A stretch of 64,000 nucleotides of DNA, taken from IMG/VR virus record IMGVR_UViG_3300005337_000019, positions 18,991 to 82,990 of that record; one strand, 5' to 3'. Of this stretch, positions 45,465 to 55,322 are shown one piece after another (positions within the stretch are counted from its first letter, which is position 1; each line of letters opens with the position of its first letter). Both the position numbers and the translations under genes were made by a program. Under the pieces are notes generated by a model, which saw only the letters and a program-made list of their open reading frames with translations, had not been told where the DNA came from and searched no databases. This stretch comes from a virus.

Positions 45465-47090
45465 ATGACATTGACAACGAAGCACGTTACCCCTGACCAG
45501 TTGACGGCCGACGACCGCAAGTTGCTCGCATGCATTCGCGATCGTTTCGCGTCGGTCGTCGGCCCCGACGACGGGGCTGGTGTGCCGCTCTTCACGACGG
45601 ACACGCCCGATCTTTGGGATACGTTCCTGACCATGCTGTCGCCTGACCTGCGTGCGATCTACACGTGCAACGCGTGCAGGAAGTTCGTCGAGCGTTATGG
45701 CGGGCTCGTATCGATCGATGAAGCCGGCTTCCAGCGGTCGGTGATGTGGGACGACGGGCCTGGCGCATTCCGAAATGCCGTGCGCGTTCTCGCTGAACGC
45801 GTCGAGCACGCGCGCATCACCGGCGTTTTTTGCACGAAGGACGCGCAGTGGGGGACGCCGGTCACTGGGGAATGGCAGCACTTCGCAGTGACACCGCCGA
45901 AGGCGATGGTGTGGACGAGCAAGACGAAGGCGGCGCACGAGCGCGCCGCAGAGCTTCGCGAGGAGTACGGCATTCTGCGGCGCAGCCTGGCCGAGTATCC
46001 CGCCGAGATCGTGCGCAATGCGTACAACCTCCTCGAAACCGGGCAGCTTTATCGATCCGAGAAGTGCATCGGCATTGCAGCGTGGCTCCTCGAGCTTCAC
46101 GAAAAGCTCGCCGCGCGCAAGAACCGGCTGCAGAACGAGGCAACGGCGTGGTTCGCGGTCGCCACCGCGCCGCCGGGGTTCTGCCATGTTCGTACGACGG
46201 TCATCTCCACCCTGCTCGATGACATCGTTGCGAGGAAGCCGTTCACGGAGATCAGTCGCGCATTCTCCGCGAAGATGCACCCGACGCAGTATCAGCGGCC
46301 GCAGAGCGATCCGGCGAGCGGCAACATTCAGCGCGCGGAGGAACTGGTCGCGTCACTCGGCATCGCGAGCGCGCTGCATCGCCGCTTCGCCCGCGTCGAG
46401 GAGATCGATGCGATGTGGCGCACGATGCCGGCAGCGAAAGACACGCGCGCCACGCAAGGCGGCGTGTTCTCGCACCTCAAGCCGCGTGCCGATCAGCCGC
46501 ACACGCCGGTCGAGGCGCCGCCGACGCTCATGACGTGGTCCAAGTTTGCGAGCACCGTTCTGACGGAGGCGGAGTCGATCGAGGTTCTGGTTCCGCGTGG
46601 AGCGAGGGGCTTCGGCGCGATCACGACTGCGTCGGACCCGACCGCTCCGCCGATCCTTCAGTGGGACCGCGAGGACCGGCGCAACCCGTTCGACTTCTTC
46701 ATGTACGTGAGGGGGACGCTCGCGAACCGCTGGAATCTCATCGCCGGCACGTTCACGCGCGTCACCGCGATCACGTCGCTGCCGGAGCGGTGGTTCGGCA
46801 ACACGCAGGCGTCGCATCACGCGGAGGGCCTGTTCATCGTGATCGAGGGATGTCGCGACACCGAGTACACGAGCGGTGGCGCCCTGTTCCCGGAATCGAT
46901 GCGCAGCGAGCTCCACGAGGTGCGCGCGACGATCGAGTCGTACTCGAGAACGGCCGTGATCGATGGACGTGACGAAGCGTCGGCGTGCGGCCTGGTTCTG
47001 GCGAAGTCGGTCAAGTCGTCGTGGGATGTCGTCCTTCGCGTCACGACGAAGCGGGGCCGCGCCAGCTACAAGCTCGACCGGTGGGACTGA
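45465..47090 (+). CDS. large conserved-looking hypothetical protein
   Basis: GAGGAGG SD; YTCNACRKFVERYGGLV, GFCH, YQRP motifs; function not recognised. Confidence 0.8.
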   Translation: MTLTTKHVTPDQLTADDRKLLACIRDRFASVVGPDDGAGVPLFTTDTPDLWDTFLTMLSPDLRAIYTCNACRKFVERYGGLVSIDEAGFQRSVMWDDGPGAFRNAVRVLAERVEHARITGVFCTKDAQWGTPVTGEWQHFAVTPPKAMVWTSKTKAAHERAAELREEYGILRRSLAEYPAEIVRNAYNLLETGQLYRSEKCIGIAAWLLELHEKLAARKNRLQNEATAWFAVATAPPGFCHVRTTVISTLLDDIVARKPFTEISRAFSAKMHPTQYQRPQSDPASGNIQRAEELVASLGIASALHRRFARVEEIDAMWRTMPAAKDTRATQGGVFSHLKPRADQPHTPVEAPPTLMTWSKFASTVLTEAESIEVLVPRGARGFGAITTASDPTAPPILQWDREDRRNPFDFFMYVRGTLANRWNLIAGTFTRVTAITSLPERWFGNTQASHHAEGLFIVIEGCRDTEYTSGGALFPESMRSELHEVRATIESYSRTAVIDGRDEASACGLVLAKSVKSSWDVVLRVTTKRGRASYKLDRWD

Positions 47091-47548
47091 AACAACGAGG
47101 AGGGGCCGGCGCCTGAAACCGGCCCCTCCCGCTACCCACCTGATGAGATGAACGAGGGAGGAGGCCCCGAATGGTATCAAAGAAACGCGGCCCTGTACGG
47201 CGCGCCCTGTATCGCTGGCTACTGCGCATCTTCCCGCAAACGGTGTTTGAGGTTGTTCCGGCGCAACACCTGCGCACGCGTGCGCTGATTCGTGTTGCGA
47301 TGGCACGGCAAGCTGCACGATGAGTTCTGAGCAGCTATCCGCGCGTGCCGGCGACATCAGCGATGGCCGCTTCGTCCATTGGCTTCGTGGTAGACCACGC
47401 GACAGGCGTTACACGCTCGCTGCATGTGGACGCACGTTCGATATGACCATGGCGGCGGGGCGAGCGAATCTCACGCGCCACATCAATCTCGTAACGTGTC
47501 CGAAGTGCCGTGCCACGGCCGCGGCGAAAACACAGGAGGCAAGTCCGC

Positions 47549-48037
47549 ATGAAAAAGCCCATGACTTACGCTGAAGCCATCGCCGCCGTCGAAGAGGCGC
47601 TGCAGTCCAACGCTGACGAGGTGGAGTGTCCAATCATCCGCATCAAGCGGATCGACGCCAGAAGAAACGACTTGTCCGTGATGATGCTCGCGCGACAGAT
47701 CACGACAGGTTTCGCCGCCGGTTCGGAAATCGAAATTGACGCGAGCCTCGTGGTCTACCCGCCGCCCCATGAGCCGAACGCCGCGCCGATCGTGGGCAGT
47801 CCCACGCCGGCGGAGCCGATCATGGGCCGCGTCTCATTCGCTGGAACGCTTTCGATCGACATTCCAATGAAGGACGGGCGCATCGATCCTGTCGATGTTG
47901 CCCAGAGCGTGAACTGGGCGGTGTGGGAGATCGCGCAGGCGGCCAAGTTCGACGCCGACAACGCGGCTACGTTCTGGCGCGAGCTGCGGGGATTGCTCGC
48001 GGTTGACGCCCACGCTACCGATGTTCATTCGTCATAG
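47549..48037 (+). CDS. hypothetical protein
   Basis: AGGAGG SD. Confidence 0.65.
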   Translation: MKKPMTYAEAIAAVEEALQSNADEVECPIIRIKRIDARRNDLSVMMLARQITTGFAAGSEIEIDASLVVYPPPHEPNAAPIVGSPTPAEPIMGRVSFAGTLSIDIPMKDGRIDPVDVAQSVNWAVWEIAQAAKFDADNAATFWRELRGLLAVDAHATDVHSS

Positions 48038-48047
48038 TGTAGAATGA
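48024..48047 (+). promoter_or_regulatory. class II promoter/operator motif
   Basis: TTCATTCGTCATAGTGTAGAATGA. Confidence 0.8.
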
Positions 48048-48083
48048 GCCACACAATCCCACCACCTTCGAAGGAGACATTTG

Positions 48084-49271
48084 ATGACGAATCCGGCGTT
48101 ACCAGAAAGCCCGAGTGATGCGACGAAGATGTTCAACGATGCCCATCGAAACATCTCCGAGGCGCTTGCCGGAAATCAGGCGGTTACGCGTCTCGATGCG
48201 GCCGACCAACGCGCGATGCAACGCCAGCGTCCGCCGGTCAGCGGCGATCTCGCGAACCTGATCGAGCGCGCCGAAATCTTCGCCCGTTCCGGCTTCTTCA
48301 GCGACGCGAAGAGCGTGGCGCAGGCGGCCGTCAAGATCATGATCGGCCAGAGCATCGGCTTGACCGACATCGCCGCGCTGTCGGCGATCTACCTGTTCGA
48401 AAGCAAAGGCCGGACGGTCATAACGGTCGGTGCGCACATCCTCGCGGCGAAGATTCGTGCGAGCGATCGCTACCGCTTCAAGATCGCGGAGAGCACCGAC
48501 AAGCGGTGCGAGATTCACTTCTATGAAAAGGGATTCCTCGACGAACCCGGATGGACGATGGTGGGGCCGAGCGTCTTCACCCTCGAAGAGGCACAGGCCG
48601 CGGACCTCCTCAAGAAAGACAACTGGAAAGGCTACCCGCAGGACATGCTCTACGCTCGAGCTCTGGCGCGCGGGTTCCGCCGGTACACATCCGATCTGAC
48701 GGCCATCGTGCCCTACGTGCCCGAGGAGTTCGCGGACACAAATTTCCGGCCCGCCGGTATGACCATGGAGGCACCGCCATCGGCAGCGCCGTCGAACATC
48801 GCGCCGCGGCGTGCGAGCGAGGCGTATGCCGCGATCAAATGGCCGACAGACCGGCGCGATGAATGGCTTCGCGTGCACGAAGGCGCCGATATGCCGCAAT
48901 GCACGCAGAGCGGCTGCACCACATGCAGGTGGGACGAATGGGAAACCGCCTGCGCGGCGTGCGGATGGCCGATGGCACAGAAGGTTCACGACAAATGCAT
49001 CATCACCGTCGTCGATCCGCCGCTGTCGGACATGGCGCCGCGTCCGATGACGGTCGACGAGCTCCGGAAAGCGCGCGCGGAACAGCCGCCGATCGACGTG
49101 CCGCCGCAAGGCGATGACGAGGAGCTCCCGCGGACAGGCGACCGCAAGGCTGTCGAGGAATCGCTGATCGGGAAGCCGTGTCCGAAGCCAGGCCACGGCA
49201 CCTACTTCGGGCTGTGGTGTCCGGTCTGCGCTGACCCCGGTCTGCTCAACGATGCGAAGGAGCCGGAATGA
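48084..49271 (+). CDS. single-strand annealing protein (RecT/Beta-like)
   Basis: AAVKIMIGQSIGL...FTLEEAQAADLLKKDNWKGYPQDMLYARA...YVPEE. Confidence 0.75.
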   Translation: MTNPALPESPSDATKMFNDAHRNISEALAGNQAVTRLDAADQRAMQRQRPPVSGDLANLIERAEIFARSGFFSDAKSVAQAAVKIMIGQSIGLTDIAALSAIYLFESKGRTVITVGAHILAAKIRASDRYRFKIAESTDKRCEIHFYEKGFLDEPGWTMVGPSVFTLEEAQAADLLKKDNWKGYPQDMLYARALARGFRRYTSDLTAIVPYVPEEFADTNFRPAGMTMEAPPSAAPSNIAPRRASEAYAAIKWPTDRRDEWLRVHEGADMPQCTQSGCTTCRWDEWETACAACGWPMAQKVHDKCIITVVDPPLSDMAPRPMTVDELRKARAEQPPIDVPPQGDDEELPRTGDRKAVEESLIGKPCPKPGHGTYFGLWCPVCADPGLLNDAKEPE

Positions 49272-49456
49272 GGAAGTGGAAAATCGTGACGCCTTTCATC
49301 GTCGCCGTCGACGCCGCGCTGTACGGCTTCGTGATGCGCGGATATGCCGTCCGACACGCCGTTGACCACGCCACCCGCTTTGGCGTGATCCACGGCGTCA
49401 TCTTCGCGGTGTGCTTCCCGATGGTGGTGTTGGGGCTCCGGAGATTGCTCAGATGA
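49268..49456 (+). CDS. small membrane protein
   Basis: two hydrophobic segments; ATGA-coupled on both sides. Confidence 0.55.
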   Translation: MRKWKIVTPFIVAVDAALYGFVMRGYAVRHAVDHATRFGVIHGVIFAVCFPMVVLGLRRLLR

Positions 49457-52035
49457 CGGCCGCCGCGCCGCTTTCATGGGAAGTCGAGGCGCAGCAGCTT
49501 CGCATCCTCGGCTTGCATCGATCGAGACTTCGCCCCGGCGAGATCGGAGTTGATCTCTTTGCCGGCGGCGGAGGCTACTCGGAAGGCTACCAGTGGGCGG
49601 TCGGGATGCCGCCCGCCGTCGCGGTGAATCACGACGCGAACGCGATCGCGATGCACACGATGAATCACCCGGAGGCTGAACACTTCCTCGAGGACGTGTT
49701 CCACGTCGATCCGCTGATCGCGTGCCGCGGGCGTCTGGTCGGCATGCTGCACGGCTCGCCGGATTGCACTCACTTTTCCCGAGCCAAAGGTTCGGTTCCG
49801 AAGTCGAAGAAGATTCGCGGGCTCGCGTGGGCGATCGTCCGGTGGGCGGCCGAAGTCAACCCGCGCATGCTCTCGCTCGAGAACGTCGAGGAGTTCATGA
49901 CCTGGGGGCCCCTAGACGACCGCGGCAATCCCGTCAAAGCGCGCGCCGGCGAGACATTCCGTGCGTTCGTTGCGTGCTTGACCGATGGACTTCCGGCCGA
50001 TCATCCCGCGTATGAGGACATGCACTTCGCGTTGGTCGGCGATCCTCCGGTGCCGTGCCGGAAACATCCTCGCCGCCGGCGAGCTCGCTGCCTGAAATGC
50101 CAGGCGATCGCGGCGTCCGACTATCCGCGAATGCCGCTCGACCGCTACGAGGCGATCGTCGCGAAGTGCGTCAAGGGACTGCGCTACGAGGTGGAATGGC
50201 GCTCTCTCAAGGCTGCCGATTTCGGAGCGCCGACCTCACGCAAGCGCCTCTATGTCTTCGGCCGCCGTGACGGCGAGTCGATTCGCTGGCCGCTGCCGAC
50301 GTACGGACCGAAAGCGCACAAACCCTACCGCACCGCGGCCGACTGCATCGATTGGCGGGATCTCGGCGTCTCGATTTTCCTGACTCCGGAGGAGGCGCGC
50401 GCGTACGGCGTGAAGCGGCCTCTCGCTGAGGCCACGCAGCGCCGCATCGCGGAGGGCATTCGCCGGTATGTCCTGAACAGCCCGAAGCCGTTTCTCGTGC
50501 CGTACCACAGCGCCAGGCGGCCCGAAGAGACGCCGCGCGTGCACGATGTCGACGACCCGCTGGCGACGCAGACGACCGAGAACCGGTTCGCGGTGGTCAC
50601 GCCGACGCTGATGAGCAACAACACGAACAACGCGCCGCACTCTATCGAGGAGCCGCTCGGCACGGTGACGACCGGAAACCGGCACTTCGCCATTGCGCCG
50701 TTGCTCACGCCGGCGAACAGCCACGGTTTCGACGCGGACGGTGGTTCGCCCACCGCGCCGGCCGATCGTCCGATGCGGACCGTCATCACGAAGGACCCCA
50801 AGGCGCTCATCGCGCCGCAGCTCCTGAACGTGACGCACGGCGGGCGCATTGAACCCGCCGACGAACCGTTCAAGACGATCACGGCCGCGCACCGCGGCGA
50901 GAAGGCGCTCGTCGCGCCGACGCTGATTCAGACGAGCTACGGCGAGCGGAAAGGGCAAGCGCCTCGAGTCCTTGACCTCGACGAACCTCTCGGCACCGTC
51001 GTCGCCGGCGGTGTCAAGCATGGCCTCGTGGAGACGATCATGACGCGCGAGGAAGATGTCGCGGCCTTCCTCGTCCGCAATAACACCGGCATGAACGCGC
51101 GCGACCTGAAGGAAGTGATGCCGACCGTCTGCGCGCGCGAGACGATGTCACTCGGCCTGGCACACATCACAAAGTTCAACACCGGCAGCGTCGGCGCTTC
51201 CGTCGAGGACCCGCTGCCGACGATCACCGCCGGCGATGGATCGAAGCGGCCCGCCGGAGCCGCGCACGGCCTCGGCGTCGTCACCGCGCACGTGGTGACG
51301 CACAACGGGCAGTCGGTCGGCTCGGCTGCCGATGCTCCGGTCCCGACCGTGACAGCGGGCGGCATGGGTCATCAGGGCGTTGTGATCGCGCACATGCTCG
51401 ACGTGACGCCGTGCCCGGAGATCGAAGGCCGGTGGCACGTCGGAAACGGGTGGGATCTCTGCGTCGACGAGACAGGACTCTCGCACGTGCAGGAGAAGGA
51501 GCGCGCGGAGGAACGAGAGCAGGCCGAGCTTGCGGCGGCGATCCACGTCACGCAGTTCAACGGGACATCGGAAGCCGGCGCGCCGGTCGACGAGCCGATG
51601 CGCACGGTGACGAGCGGCGGCAACCGCGGCGGCGGGCATCATGGCGTCGCGGCGGTGCACCTCGCGAAGTATTACGGTTCCGATGAGCACGGCCAGGCAG
51701 CGGATGAGCCGCTTCATACTGTACCGACCGTCGACCGTTTCGCGCTCGTCGCTGCGTTCCTGCGAAAGTTCGACGTGATCGACGACGACCGCCCGTACGT
51801 CACGGTGTCGATCGAGACTGAACCCGGCAAGCACGAGACATTCATCCTCTACGACATCGCCATGCGCATGCTTCAACCGCGCGAGCTGGCGCGCGCGCAG
51901 GGGTTCCCCGACAGCTATCAGCTCACCGGCACCAAGTCGCAGCAGGTCGCGCGCATCGGCAATTCGGTCTGCCCGCACGTCGCCGCGGCGATCGTCCGCG
52001 CGAATCTCGACAGCGAGGAGGAAGTGTGGAACTGA
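49453..52035 (+). CDS. C5 DNA cytosine methyltransferase with repeat-expanded variable region
   Basis: DLFAGGGG, SPDCTHFS, LENVEEF, APTSRKR, C-terminal RIGNSVCP. Confidence 0.93.
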   Translation: MTAAAPLSWEVEAQQLRILGLHRSRLRPGEIGVDLFAGGGGYSEGYQWAVGMPPAVAVNHDANAIAMHTMNHPEAEHFLEDVFHVDPLIACRGRLVGMLHGSPDCTHFSRAKGSVPKSKKIRGLAWAIVRWAAEVNPRMLSLENVEEFMTWGPLDDRGNPVKARAGETFRAFVACLTDGLPADHPAYEDMHFALVGDPPVPCRKHPRRRRARCLKCQAIAASDYPRMPLDRYEAIVAKCVKGLRYEVEWRSLKAADFGAPTSRKRLYVFGRRDGESIRWPLPTYGPKAHKPYRTAADCIDWRDLGVSIFLTPEEARAYGVKRPLAEATQRRIAEGIRRYVLNSPKPFLVPYHSARRPEETPRVHDVDDPLATQTTENRFAVVTPTLMSNNTNNAPHSIEEPLGTVTTGNRHFAIAPLLTPANSHGFDADGGSPTAPADRPMRTVITKDPKALIAPQLLNVTHGGRIEPADEPFKTITAAHRGEKALVAPTLIQTSYGERKGQAPRVLDLDEPLGTVVAGGVKHGLVETIMTREEDVAAFLVRNNTGMNARDLKEVMPTVCARETMSLGLAHITKFNTGSVGASVEDPLPTITAGDGSKRPAGAAHGLGVVTAHVVTHNGQSVGSAADAPVPTVTAGGMGHQGVVIAHMLDVTPCPEIEGRWHVGNGWDLCVDETGLSHVQEKERAEEREQAELAAAIHVTQFNGTSEAGAPVDEPMRTVTSGGNRGGGHHGVAAVHLAKYYGSDEHGQAADEPLHTVPTVDRFALVAAFLRKFDVIDDDRPYVTVSIETEPGKHETFILYDIAMRMLQPRELARAQGFPDSYQLTGTKSQQVARIGNSVCPHVAAAIVRANLDSEEEVWN

Positions 52036-52436
52036 GACTCGCGGCGCTTCTCGATCACATCCAGAAGGAGCGCGACTTCAACGAAGGGTGGATTTCGCTC
52101 CACATGCGCGACGGTCATCCGGCCGCGGCGGAGAGGCGCCGCGCTGTCGTCGCAGAACGTGACGAATGGATTGCCGCCCTCCGCGCCGTCGCCGCGCCGT
52201 GGGTTCGCTGCTCGGAACGTCTGCCGGACCGGCCCAACGCCGTCCTCGTCGTCGACGGTGGCGTGACGCGGATCGGTTATTTCGAAGATGGATGGTTCTA
52301 CGGCAGCGAACCGCTGACGCACGTCACGCATTGGACGCCGCTACCAGCAAAGCCGTCGCCGCAAGAGATCGGCGAGGAAGCACGCAAGCAATGGCCCGAA
52401 TGGGTGCACGACATCGGAGAGGAGGATGAATCATGA
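52026..52436 (+). CDS. DUF551-like protein
   Basis: WVRCSERLP...VTHWTPLPAKP. Confidence 0.8.
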   Translation: MELRLAALLDHIQKERDFNEGWISLHMRDGHPAAAERRRAVVAERDEWIAALRAVAAPWVRCSERLPDRPNAVLVVDGGVTRIGYFEDGWFYGSEPLTHVTHWTPLPAKPSPQEIGEEARKQWPEWVHDIGEEDES

Positions 52437-52855
52437 AAGCGTTCCAATACGAATACGGGTCACTCCAACGCGTCGTGCACGAGAACGAGATCGCGCCGGC
52501 GCTTGCCGGTGGTAGCGGTGAAGTCGACGGGCCCGCAGCGAACGTGCGCAAAGTTCTCGGACTCGAGCTCAACGAAGCGGTGACGTTTCCGAGCGGTGCC
52601 AAGTGGACACGTCTGGCTGATGACACACCGAAATTCACCGCGATCATTTGTCGCGGTCGTGGCTCTGCGAAGCCGTGCAAGTATTGCAGCGCATCGCACA
52701 CGAAGCTCTGCGACTATCCGGTCACGAGGAACGGCAAATTTGAGACGTGCGATATCCCGATGTGCGACAGATGCACCACGCGCGGTGGCCCGAACGTCGA
52801 CTATTGCCGTCCGCACGCGAAGATGGTTCGCACGGGCGGTGCGGCGCAGAGGTAG
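52433..52855 (+). CDS. Cys-rich hypothetical protein
   Basis: CKYC...LCDYPV...TCDIPMCDRC...DYCRPH. Confidence 0.7.
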   Translation: MKAFQYEYGSLQRVVHENEIAPALAGGSGEVDGPAANVRKVLGLELNEAVTFPSGAKWTRLADDTPKFTAIICRGRGSAKPCKYCSASHTKLCDYPVTRNGKFETCDIPMCDRCTTRGGPNVDYCRPHAKMVRTGGAAQR

Positions 52856-53085
52856 GCGATGGCGCGGAGCTGCTGGAACTGCGGGCACTTCGAAACGGAG
52901 CACATCGGTGCGACAGGGCCGTGCATCGTCTGGATCATCGGGCCGCTGGTGAAGGAGCGGCAGTGCTCGTGTCAGATATTCGATCCGATCACGATCGAGC
53001 GGTGCGAGAAATGGATTCGCGCCACGTACAACCGAGACTATGCGACGGGGCGGGTGATGTTCTTCCTGCTCGAGGAGTTAAAGCG

Positions 53086-53472
53086 ATGCGTGTAGATCAC
53101 AAAGACACCGTGCCAGTAATGGCGAACATCGTGCCGTGGAACGAGGCGATCCTCCGCGGCATCCGCACGTTCAAGACGCTGCACTTCAATTGGTCGTATC
53201 GCGGGCCGCTCGTGCTCTACAACAGCCACGGCCAGCCTGCCGCGGATGACATCGTCTACGGAGCCACGCACGGCATCAATATCGCCGAGCAGCGCCGCGG
53301 GTTCATCGTGGGCGTAGTCGATGTGGTCGACTGCGTCGATGCGCGCCGCGAGGACGGTCATTGGCACGTCGAACTGCGCAATCCGCGCCGCGTTGACCCT
53401 CTGCCGTACAAGCCGACGCGCGGATCGATCCGCATCTCGCGCATGCCCAGGACTGCTGCGCCATGGCTCTGA
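53086..53472 (+). CDS. ASCH domain protein
   Basis: PWNEAILRG...WSYRGPLVL...GFIVGVVDVVDC...WHVELRNPR. Confidence 0.75.
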   Translation: MRVDHKDTVPVMANIVPWNEAILRGIRTFKTLHFNWSYRGPLVLYNSHGQPAADDIVYGATHGINIAEQRRGFIVGVVDVVDCVDARREDGHWHVELRNPRRVDPLPYKPTRGSIRISRMPRTAAPWL

Positions 53473-53885
53473 ACTGGGCCGGCATTCGTACAGGGCTTGT
53501 CGCTTTGCGCGTGAGCGCAGGGATGACGCAGAAGGGCCTCGCCTTGGCGTCTGGCGTCGGCGAGAAGACGATCGGCAGCTATGAGGCCGGCAGCCGCATT
53601 AAAACGATGAAGGTCAAGCAACTCGATGCCATCCTCGGCGCGCTCGGCACGAACCTCGTCGACTTTTTCTCCTCCATCGACGAGAGCGCCGCCGCCGAAG
53701 AAGAATCGGAGGCGCCGCCACCGAGGCGCCCTGCGCACAATGTGCCGGATGATGATCTCGATGCCGTCGCTTGCGACCTGGCGCGCATGACACGCCCGCA
53801 AAGTCTTGCCTATCCGAGCCCGCAGAGTTCTCTCAGCAACCACGCCCGCATCGGCGTGCATCTGTCGCGGCGTCATTCGTCATAG
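53463..53885 (+). CDS. XRE-family HTH regulator
   Basis: LRVSAGMTQKGLALASGVGEKTIGSYEAG. Confidence 0.85.
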   Translation: MALNWAGIRTGLVALRVSAGMTQKGLALASGVGEKTIGSYEAGSRIKTMKVKQLDAILGALGTNLVDFFSSIDESAAAEEESEAPPPRRPAHNVPDDDLDAVACDLARMTRPQSLAYPSPQSSLSNHARIGVHLSRRHSS

Positions 53886-53894
53886 TGTAGAATG
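53873..53894 (+). promoter_or_regulatory. class II promoter/operator motif
   Basis: TCATTCGTCATAGTGTAGAATG; ATG 7 nt after TAGAAT. Confidence 0.8.
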
Positions 53895-53900
53895 GCGCTC

Positions 53901-54629
53901 ATGAGCGGTGCACGGCCATGGGAGTCCATTCGCGAGCAGACGCGCGCCGAGCGGCACGCGCGCGAGGTAGGCGTCAAGTTCGACGAGCAGTTGCACCGAT
54001 ACACGATCGGTGACCGCAAGCTGCTGAACGTCACGACCATCCTGAAGCTCGCCGGCTACTACGACTTCTCGCACATCGATCCGATTTACCGAGACCGCGG
54101 CAAGGACGCGCACGCGGCCGTGCACTACTCGATGGATGGCGACCTCGATCGATCGCACCTCGAAACCATCGCCGAAACAGGCGCCTTCGATCTGCGTCCG
54201 TACGTTATTGCCGCCGAGAAATTCATCATGGAAAACGATATCGAAATCGTTCATCCGGAGGCGGTCGTGGTTGCCGCGAACATGGGCTTTGCCGGCAAGG
54301 TTGATGTGTTCGGGTTCATCCGCCGCATGAAAATCCTGTCCCTCATCGATTGGAAGCTCGGTGATCTCATCGACGCGTACGGCGTGCAGCTTGCCGCCTA
54401 CAAAATCGGATGGTGGGAGATGACGCGGGCCGCAACCGGGAAGGGCGAGATGGTCGGGAAGCGGTTCTGCGTGCGCCTCCTGCCCGACGCCACCTATCGC
54501 GTGCGCGAGTACAAGGACAACCGCAACGACGAACGGCGCTTTCTCAGCGCGCTCGACGTGGTGCAGACGCGCATCGAGTACGGCACGCTCAAGCCCGAGG
54601 AGGTATGGCCGGAGGCGCATGCGGCATAA
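53901..54629 (+). CDS. PD-(D/E)XK exonuclease
   Basis: FDEQLHRY...NVTTIL...RGKDAH...FAGKVD...IDWK...QLAAY. Confidence 0.88.
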   Translation: MSGARPWESIREQTRAERHAREVGVKFDEQLHRYTIGDRKLLNVTTILKLAGYYDFSHIDPIYRDRGKDAHAAVHYSMDGDLDRSHLETIAETGAFDLRPYVIAAEKFIMENDIEIVHPEAVVVAANMGFAGKVDVFGFIRRMKILSLIDWKLGDLIDAYGVQLAAYKIGWWEMTRAATGKGEMVGKRFCVRLLPDATYRVREYKDNRNDERRFLSALDVVQTRIEYGTLKPEEVWPEAHAA

Positions 54630-54702
54630 CACATCGGCGGCACGAGTTTCCGCGACCAGTGCCGTCGCCAACTTTCAGCGGAATGAAAGGGGTTCAGGTT
54701 TG

Positions 54703-55296
54703 ATGAATAAAGTCTTCGCAGCACTTCTCGCCGTCGTGGTTCTGATCGTAGTAGCGGCCGGCATCGTTGCCGCCGTGTGGGTCAGCTATTCGAACACCGA
54801 GATTCGTCTTCGCGCGCAGGTCGAGGCGCAGCAGCAATCGAACGAGGCTGTGTTCGACAACACGTGGAAGATCATCGCGCAGCAAGCCGGCGTGTCCTCG
54901 CAGTACAAGGACGCCTTCAAAGAGATTTACCCGGCGCTGATGAACGGTCGCTACGGCAACGCCCGCGGCGGCGCGATGATGTCGTGGATCACCGAGCACA
55001 ATCCCAACTTCGACGCACGGCTCTACGAGAAGGTGATGAATTCGATCGAGGCGCAGCGCACGATTTTCACCACCGAGCAGAAGAAGCTGGTCGACCTCAG
55101 CCGTGAGCAGAAGACGCTCCTGGCGACGTTCCCCGGTTCATTCTTCCTGTCCGGACGCACGCCTACCGCCATCACGATCGTCACGTCCTCGAAAACCGAG
55201 GCTTCCTTCAAATCGGGCAAGGATGACGATGTCGATCTGTTCAAGCACGATTCCACGCCGGCGCCGAGCACCACTTCTGCCGCCGCCTCACGTTGA
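54703..55296 (+). CDS. membrane-anchored LemA-like helical protein
   Basis: N-terminal TM helix, SYSNTEIRLR, ...TFPGSFFL; resembles LemA-type proteins. Confidence 0.55.
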   Translation: MNKVFAALLAVVVLIVVAAGIVAAVWVSYSNTEIRLRAQVEAQQQSNEAVFDNTWKIIAQQAGVSSQYKDAFKEIYPALMNGRYGNARGGAMMSWITEHNPNFDARLYEKVMNSIEAQRTIFTTEQKKLVDLSREQKTLLATFPGSFFLSGRTPTAITIVTSSKTEASFKSGKDDDVDLFKHDSTPAPSTTSAAASR

Positions 55297-55322
55297 TCTA
55301 GAACAATGGAGAGGAGTGCCGC